64,000 nt of DNA from an uncultured Hyphomonas sp. GTDB taxonomy: Bacteria > Pseudomonadota > Alphaproteobacteria > Caulobacterales > Hyphomonadaceae. The stretch is taken from positions 1,334,426-1,398,425 of the forward strand of contig OY776147.1 of the NCBI GenBank assembly GCA_963675305.1. Direction: 5' to 3'. Each line of letters opens with the position of its first letter. Position 1 is the first letter of the stretch. The notes beneath the pieces are model-generated. The model did no database searches. It was not told the origin of the DNA and saw only the letters and a list, made by a program, of their open reading frames with translations. A program made the translations under genes and the position numbers. Of this stretch, positions 59,292 through 64,000 are shown piece by piece.

Positions 59292-59349
59292 GAGCGGGCC
59301 GCTGTCTCGGGAGTGCCCGGGGCTGTCGCGCCGCCCTGCCGCTCTTTTT
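59292..59349 (+). terminator. Orphan terminator-like element (GC-rich structure plus TTTTT)
   Basis: GAGCGG (59292-59297) pairs with CCGCTC (59339-59344), enclosing a GC-rich insert, followed by TTTTT (59345-59349). The nearest upstream plus-strand CDS (ecfG) ends 275 nt earlier. Confidence 0.35.
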
Positions 59350-59459
59350 GAGCTGGCAGCTTAACTTATCCCGATTGGGCGAATTTTACGAATTATATTT
59401 TGCTCAGATTCCCTGAGGAGGCGAAAACGGGGTCAAATGTTGCGCCGCACAAAGTGCGT

Positions 59460-59939
59460 TTAACGCCGCCGTCCGGTCGGATTGTCCGGTGTGATCTCGT
59501 CGGAATTGGGCAGGCGCACATTGCCGACCGTTCCGAAGATCTGCTCCCAGAGGCCGAGTTCGCGGCCGCGGGTTGGCGTCTCGCGGGAGGCGTAATTGAT
59601 CACCTGTCCGTCTTCGGCAGAATATTCGAGGACTTCTTCCACCTTGTCGTCGGTGCCGAAGCTGATCGCCGTGATTTTCCGCGTTTTCACTTTCGGACGA
59701 TAGAAAGCAATCCGCTCCTGAAGTTCGGACATGTAGATCCAGGTGTTGTCGTCGAACAGGCTCTTGGTCGATGGTGAGCCGAGTTGCGCCAGGACGGTGG
59801 ACCGGGTGTCTTCGCCGGGCTGGATCTCTTCCGGTTGCGTTTCGTCAGCCACATAGCCGTGATAGTCGCGGCTGGGTGTCAGGCATGCGGTCAGCGGAAG
59901 GGCCATGAGGCCTGCGGCCAGAATTGCGCGTCGCGCCAT
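59460..59939 (-). CDS. bamE: outer membrane protein assembly factor BamE
   Basis: It has the lipobox LTAC (MARRAILAAGLMALPLTAC) and the SmpA/OmlA motif HGYVADE...GEDTRSTVLAQLGSPSTKSLFDDNTWIYM. The track start 60350 is a long spurious extension. Confidence 0.88.
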   Translation of the reverse strand: MARRAILAAGLMALPLTACLTPSRDYHGYVADETQPEEIQPGEDTRSTVLAQLGSPSTKSLFDDNTWIYMSELQERIAFYRPKVKTRKITAISFGTDDKVEEVLEYSAEDGQVINYASRETPTRGRELGLWEQIFGTVGNVRLPNSDEITPDNPTGRRR

Positions 59940-60023
59940 CGGCAAACTCCTGATAGTGGTCCGCGTCAGACCTAGCGGCAGCGGGATGGTCTTGGCAAGC
60001 ACGCGCGTGCAGGAGAACAAGTA

Positions 60024-60596
60024 TTGGCAGGTTTCTGGAGCCCCTTTCAAGGCGCCGCCCAGCAGAAGCGGCGGGTGGCATCGCTCTATCGTGGTCTCAT
60101 GTCGGCAGCTCTGGCACCCGAAGCCTATGTTGCGGGCATCGTGGCGGATGACCTGGACCACCGTGTTCAGATGGTGAGCCTCCATGCCGCCATTCTGGTC
60201 TGGCAACTGACGCGCCGGCCGGAAAGGCCGTTGAAGCGGCTGCCTCAGCACATTCACGCACGCGTTTTCGACGGCTTCGATGCATCCTTGCGGGAAACGG
60301 GGGTAGGAGATGCCTCTATCGCCCGGAAAGTCCGCAAGATGGGTGAGCACTATTACGGGCTAGGCCAGGCGACAGCTGCCTGCCTGTCCGGGCCGGAAGG
60401 CGAACGGATTTCGGCCCTTTCGGACATGTTGAAGCGAAATGGCGTCACAATGCCGGGGCATGAGGCAGACCTTGCTGGTCACATTGCTGCGCTGGCAGAT
60501 ACCTTTGAAGCAGCCCCTTCTGAGGTATTTCTGGACGGGCAGGCGCCCTGGACGACCTTCCCTGCGACAAACACACGCGGCGTTGCCAAGGTCTGA
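60024..60596 (+). CDS. ubiquinol-cytochrome c chaperone (Cbp3-like) family protein
   Basis: The N-terminal pattern [16 protein letters not shown]...[18 protein letters not shown] matches the family as I recall it. TTG 60024 has AGGAGA 7 nt upstream. It lies in the usual neighbourhood upstream of plsX. Confidence 0.72.
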   Translation: MAGFWSPFQGAAQQKRRVASLYRGLMSAALAPEAYVAGIVADDLDHRVQMVSLHAAILVWQLTRRPERPLKRLPQHIHARVFDGFDASLRETGVGDASIARKVRKMGEHYYGLGQATAACLSGPEGERISALSDMLKRNGVTMPGHEADLAGHIAALADTFEAAPSEVFLDGQAPWTTFPATNTRGVAKV

Positions 60597-60652
60597 GGCG
60601 CGCCTTAAACAGCGCGGACGGGTCGCACCAGACCCCGAATCCGGAAGGCGCA

Positions 60653-61684
60653 ATGACTCGCGGAACGATCCTCTCAGTTGATGCAATGGGCGGGGATCAC
60701 GCACCTGGCGTGATCGTCGATGGCGTAGCTGTGTTCCTTCGCGAACGCCCCAATACGCGCATACTGCTGTTTGGTGATGAGCCGTCTCTGACGCCGCTTG
60801 TCGCAGCCTATGCCGGCCTGTCCGCTCAGTGCGATATCATTCACTGCGATCACAAGATCACCAGTGAAATGAAACCCAGCCAGGCCCTGCGCCGCGGCAA
60901 GGGATCGTCCATGTGGAATGCGCTGGAGGCGGTCAAGGATGGCCGGGCCAATGCGTCCGTTTCGGCGGGCAACACCGGCGCGCTGATGGCAATCTCCATG
61001 CTTGTGCTCCGCAAGATGGATGGCGTTCACCGCCCGGCGATGACCGCGATGTGGCCGACGCTCGCCGGACGGTCGGTTGTGCTCGACGTTGGGGCGAATG
61101 TGGAAGCAGATGCTGCGCAGCTGGTATCTTTCGCGATCATGGGCGAGGCCTATGCCCGCGCCACGCTTGGCAAGGAACGTCCGACGATCGGCCTCCTGAA
61201 TATCGGTTCCGAAGAAATGAAGGGGCATGATGAAGTGCGCGAAGCGCACGAAATGCTCCGCACGTCAGGACTGGATCTTGACTATCGCGGCTTCGTGGAA
61301 GGGGATGACATCTCCATGGGCGCTGTCGATGTCGTCGTGACGGACGGTTTTACCGGCAATGTGGCGCTGAAAACCGGCGAAGGCGTTGCCCGTATGCTCG
61401 GGACCCGCGTGCGCGAGGCGCTGACGAAAAACCTTTCCACGAAAGCAGGTGCGGTGCTGGCCGCCTCAGGGCTTAAACAGCTCCGTGAACAGATGAATCC
61501 GAGCAACGCCAATGGCGGCGTCCTCCTGGGGCTCGGCGGCGTTTCTGTGAAGAGCCACGGCGGAACCGACGCCCAGGGGTTTGCAACTGCCTGCCGTCTG
61601 GCCGCTGACCTTGCCACGAGCCATTATCCGGAAGAAGTTGCTGCAAACCTCGCACGCATCCAGAAGAAAGGTGCGGCGGGCTGA
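60653..61684 (+). CDS. plsX: phosphate acyltransferase PlsX
   Basis: The 343-aa product has the strings [17 protein letters not shown] and [12 protein letters not shown]. Confidence 0.95.
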   Translation: MTRGTILSVDAMGGDHAPGVIVDGVAVFLRERPNTRILLFGDEPSLTPLVAAYAGLSAQCDIIHCDHKITSEMKPSQALRRGKGSSMWNALEAVKDGRANASVSAGNTGALMAISMLVLRKMDGVHRPAMTAMWPTLAGRSVVLDVGANVEADAAQLVSFAIMGEAYARATLGKERPTIGLLNIGSEEMKGHDEVREAHEMLRTSGLDLDYRGFVEGDDISMGAVDVVVTDGFTGNVALKTGEGVARMLGTRVREALTKNLSTKAGAVLAASGLKQLREQMNPSNANGGVLLGLGGVSVKSHGGTDAQGFATACRLAADLATSHYPEEVAANLARIQKKGAAG

Positions 61685-61710
61685 CACGGCCGCTCTGTAA
61701 GGGATATAGC

Positions 61711-62682
61711 ATGGCACGGCGTAGTTTTATCCGAGGGACAGGTGGATATCTTCCCGAGAAAGTTCTGACCAATGATGACATATCGGCCATGGTCGATACG
61801 TCGGATGAGTGGATTCAGGAACGGACCGGCATCAAGCGCCGGCACATCGCCGCCGAAGGCGAACTCACATCGGATATTGCGACGGCAGCTGCGCGGTCCG
61901 CGCTTGAGGCAGCGGGTATTCCCGTTTCGGATGTCGATCTGATCGTGCTGGCAACGACGACGCCGGATCAGACTTTCCCGGCGACGGCCACGGCGGTTCA
62001 GGCCAAGCTCGGCATGACAGGCGGCGCAGCTTTTGATGTGCAGGCCGTTTGTTCCGGCTTTCTTTTCGCGCTGGCGACCGCAGACTCCATGTTGCGGCAG
62101 GGGCTGTTCAACACCGCGCTGGTCATCGGTGCGGAAACCTTCACACGCATCCTCGACTGGTCGGACCGGGGGACCTGTGTCCTGTTCGGTGATGGCGGCG
62201 GCGCAGCCGTGCTTCAGGCCGAAGAGTGGACCGGCGATGACCTTGCTGGCGTGATCACGCACCACATTCGCACAGACGGCACCAAGTCGGACCTGCTCTA
62301 TGTCGATGGGGGCGTAAGCTCCACGGGCACGATCGGGCATGTTCGCATGGAAGGAAACCGCGTGTTCCGCCATGCCGTGACCAATATCTCGTCCGCAATT
62401 CAGGCCATCTATGACGAAACCGGCCTGAGTGGTGATGACATTGACTGGTTCGTGCCGCACCAGGCCAACAAACGGATCCTGGACGGCGTTGCGAAGAAGA
62501 TGAACATTGCCGAGGAAAAAGTGATCGTCACCGTACAGGAGCATGCCAACACGTCGGCAGCTTCCATCCCGCTCGCACTGAACCATGCGGTTCGTTCCGG
62601 CCGGGCGAAACCGGGCGACCTGATCCTGTCAGAGGCGATGGGCGGCGGCTTTTCCTGGGGCGCCAGCCTGTTCCGCCTTTAA
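61711..62682 (+). CDS. fabH: beta-ketoacyl-ACP synthase III
   Basis: It has the active-site Cys (DVQAVCSGF), then HQANKRI and NTSAASIP. Confidence 0.96.
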   Translation: MARRSFIRGTGGYLPEKVLTNDDISAMVDTSDEWIQERTGIKRRHIAAEGELTSDIATAAARSALEAAGIPVSDVDLIVLATTTPDQTFPATATAVQAKLGMTGGAAFDVQAVCSGFLFALATADSMLRQGLFNTALVIGAETFTRILDWSDRGTCVLFGDGGGAAVLQAEEWTGDDLAGVITHHIRTDGTKSDLLYVDGGVSSTGTIGHVRMEGNRVFRHAVTNISSAIQAIYDETGLSGDDIDWFVPHQANKRILDGVAKKMNIAEEKVIVTVQEHANTSAASIPLALNHAVRSGRAKPGDLILSEAMGGGFSWGASLFRL

Positions 62683-62785
62683 AATCAGGCGACAAGCTCC
62701 ATTATTTCACGGATATTAGCTGACGGATGCGCTAGTAATCCGTTAACAATCCTTGGCTACATCTTAACCAGATCGGGAGAATCCC

Positions 62786-63079
62786 ATGTCCAACCAGACC
62801 ATCACCCGCGCCGAAGTGACCGACAAGATCGTCAGCGAAGTCGGTCTGACGCGGCAGGAATCGTCGGACTTGCTCGACCGGACGCTCGATATGATCGGCG
62901 CGGCCCTTGAGCATGAAGATGAGGTGAAGCTCTCCCGGTTCGGCAATTTCGTGGTGCGGTCCAAGGCCGCGCGAGAAGGCCGTAATCCGAAAACCGGGGA
63001 GGAGGCCACGATCGCCGCACGGCGCGTTGTCACTTTCCGCCCTTCGCCGATGCTGAAGGCGCAGGTTGACAACAAATAG
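62786..63079 (+). CDS. ihfA: integration host factor subunit alpha
   Basis: The 97-aa product has the HU/IHF fold (LSRFGNFVVRSKAAREGRNPKTGEEATIAARRVVTFRPS). Confidence 0.93.
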   Translation: MSNQTITRAEVTDKIVSEVGLTRQESSDLLDRTLDMIGAALEHEDEVKLSRFGNFVVRSKAAREGRNPKTGEEATIAARRVVTFRPSPMLKAQVDNK

Positions 63080-63099
63080 CGATCCAGGAAGGAACAGAC

Positions 63100-63582
63100 A
63101 TGAGCGCCAGCCGGGCCCGAATCGAAAAATCCGCAACCGCATTCCGGTCCATCGGGGAAGCAGCTTCGGAACTCGGCATCGAGACGCATGTCATCCGCTA
63201 TTGGGAAAGCAAGTTTCCGCGGGAAGTCCGCCCGGTGAAACGCCCGGATGGCCGCCGCATGTTCCGTCCGCAGGACGTCGACGCGCTGCGGGCCATCCAG
63301 ATCCTGGTTCATGGACGCGGCATGACGCTGAAAGGCGCAAAAGCGCTGATCGCAGAGCAGGGCATGGCGGCAGTTCTTTCAGGTGAGGCGACGCTTGGGG
63401 CGGGTGCTCCGGCAGGCAGCAGCCCGGCGCGGGACCTTCAGGAGACCGTCGCGAAGGCGTTTTCGGATGAAACCGCCGAGGGGCTGACCGATGCGCGGCG
63501 TGCCCGTCTGGAAGATGCGCTGACGGAACTGACGGGCATCAAAAGCCGGATCGACACGGCACTCGGACGGCGCGCAGCCTGA
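63100..63582 (+). CDS. MerR family transcriptional regulator
   Basis: It has an N-terminal MerR HTH (FRSIGEAASELGIETHVIRYWESKF) and sits in the conserved ihfA-merR-tRNA-Pro arrangement. Confidence 0.88.
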   Translation: MSASRARIEKSATAFRSIGEAASELGIETHVIRYWESKFPREVRPVKRPDGRRMFRPQDVDALRAIQILVHGRGMTLKGAKALIAEQGMAAVLSGEATLGAGAPAGSSPARDLQETVAKAFSDETAEGLTDARRARLEDALTELTGIKSRIDTALGRRAA

Positions 63583-63635
63583 ACCCACATAATTCGTTGC
63601 ACACACAGGGCGGCTTGGTTACAAGCCGCTCTCGT

Positions 63636-63713
63636 CGGAGCGTGGCGCAGTCCGGTTAGCGCACTAGTCTGGGGGACTAGGGGTCGTGGGTTCGAATCCC
63701 GCCGCTCCGACCA
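63636..63713 (+). tRNA. tRNA-Pro (anticodon GGG), CCA encoded
   Basis: The acceptor is CGGAGCG/CGCTCCG. The anticodon stem CTAGT/ACTAG has loop CTGGGGG (anticodon GGG, G37). The T arm is GTGGG-TTCGAAT-CCCGC, ending in a terminal ACCA. Confidence 0.93.
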
Positions 63714-63739
63714 TTTCTCCGCGCAGCGGAGAAATGGTC
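63709..63739 (+). other. 13-14 bp perfect hairpin that includes the tRNA-Pro 3' CCA end
   Basis: GACCATTTCTCCG (63709-63721) pairs with CGGAGAAATGGTC (63727-63739), and no U-tract follows on either strand. It lies between tRNA-Pro and the convergent S9 peptidase gene. Confidence 0.6.
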
Positions 63740-63754
63740 GTAACTCCGAAATCC

Positions 63755-64000
63755 TTATTTCCTGGACAGATCCACCTCTTCAACCTGACCGACAGCGGCG
63801 AGGGCGAAGGCGTATTCGGTGGCGACTTCCTTCAGGCCTTCAAACCGGCCCGAGGCACCGCCATGGCCCGCTTCCATATTGATCTTGAGGAAGTAAGGGC
63901 CGCCGTCCGGTGCGTCGTGGCGCAGCTTTGCCGCCCATTTGCTCGGCTCCCAATAGGTCACGCGCGGGTCTGACAGGCCGCCGGTGATGAACATGGCCGG
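63755..64000 (-). CDS. S9 family serine peptidase (oligopeptidase B/prolyl oligopeptidase-like), C-terminal part only
   Basis: The C-terminal catalytic region reads GGLSDPRVTYWEPSKWAAKLR...NMEAGHGGASGRF (Asp/His of the triad). The ORF continues past the window end. Confidence 0.8.
   Translation of the reverse strand, partial: PAMFITGGLSDPRVTYWEPSKWAAKLRHDAPDGGPYFLKINMEAGHGGASGRFEGLKEVATEYAFALAAVGQVEEVDLSRK

Noticed and set aside
59460-60350. Long N-terminal extensions offered by the ORF track, for example bamE 296 aa, alpha/beta hydrolase 37848..38867, TPR protein 14457..15275, zeta-like 51645..52154 and ctaB 18313.
   Set aside because: In each case an internal ATG is preceded by an SD-like sequence and begins a signal peptide, a lipobox or the family-typical N-terminus. 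The upstream extension is Arg/Pro-rich and would overlap the neighbouring gene or promoter.

Overview
This is a high-GC (roughly 60%) alphaproteobacterial chromosome segment. Gene content and order look most like a Hyphomonas/Hyphomonadaceae-type organism. That is an inference from the PhyR-NepR-EcfG locus, the zeta ATPase-inhibitor gene, the aa3 oxidase cluster ending in SURF1, and an overlapping M23-bactofilin gene pair. The window is almost entirely core housekeeping. It holds the atpD(partial)-atpC tail, an aa3 cytochrome c oxidase cluster (coxB-ctaD-orf-ctaB-orf-ctaG-ctaE-SURF1) and thrC, gshA, tldD, tyrS and anmK. It also holds a full suf operon (nifS-like, sufB, sufC, orf77, sufD, sufS, sufT-like, sufA-like), purS-purC and plsX-fabH-ihfA-merR. 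There are two tRNAs (Gly-GCC, Pro-GGG), the general stress response locus (HWE kinase, phyR, nepR, ecfG), and assorted redox, peptidase and envelope genes. I found no CRISPR array, transposase, integrase, rRNA or recognisable defence system, and no convincing novel multi-gene system. The items most worth a second look are listed here. (1) A compositionally foreign 77-aa ORF is translationally coupled between sufC and sufD. (2) A 6S-RNA-like hairpin of about 167 nt lies upstream of the 5-formyl-THF cyclo-ligase gene. (3) Two tandem paralogous secreted proteins of unknown family. (4) A perfect GGAAC-N16-CGTT promoter lies in front of phyR. (5) A lower-GC TetR/GT4/lipoprotein islet. (6) A small 4-TM gene is embedded in the oxidase cluster. 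(7) Four convergent gene pairs have stop codons overlapping on a 4-nt palindrome. All functional calls come from reading motifs by eye, with no database search or folding program. Start codons were adjusted from the ORF track only where a signal peptide, SD sequence or family N-terminus supported the change.
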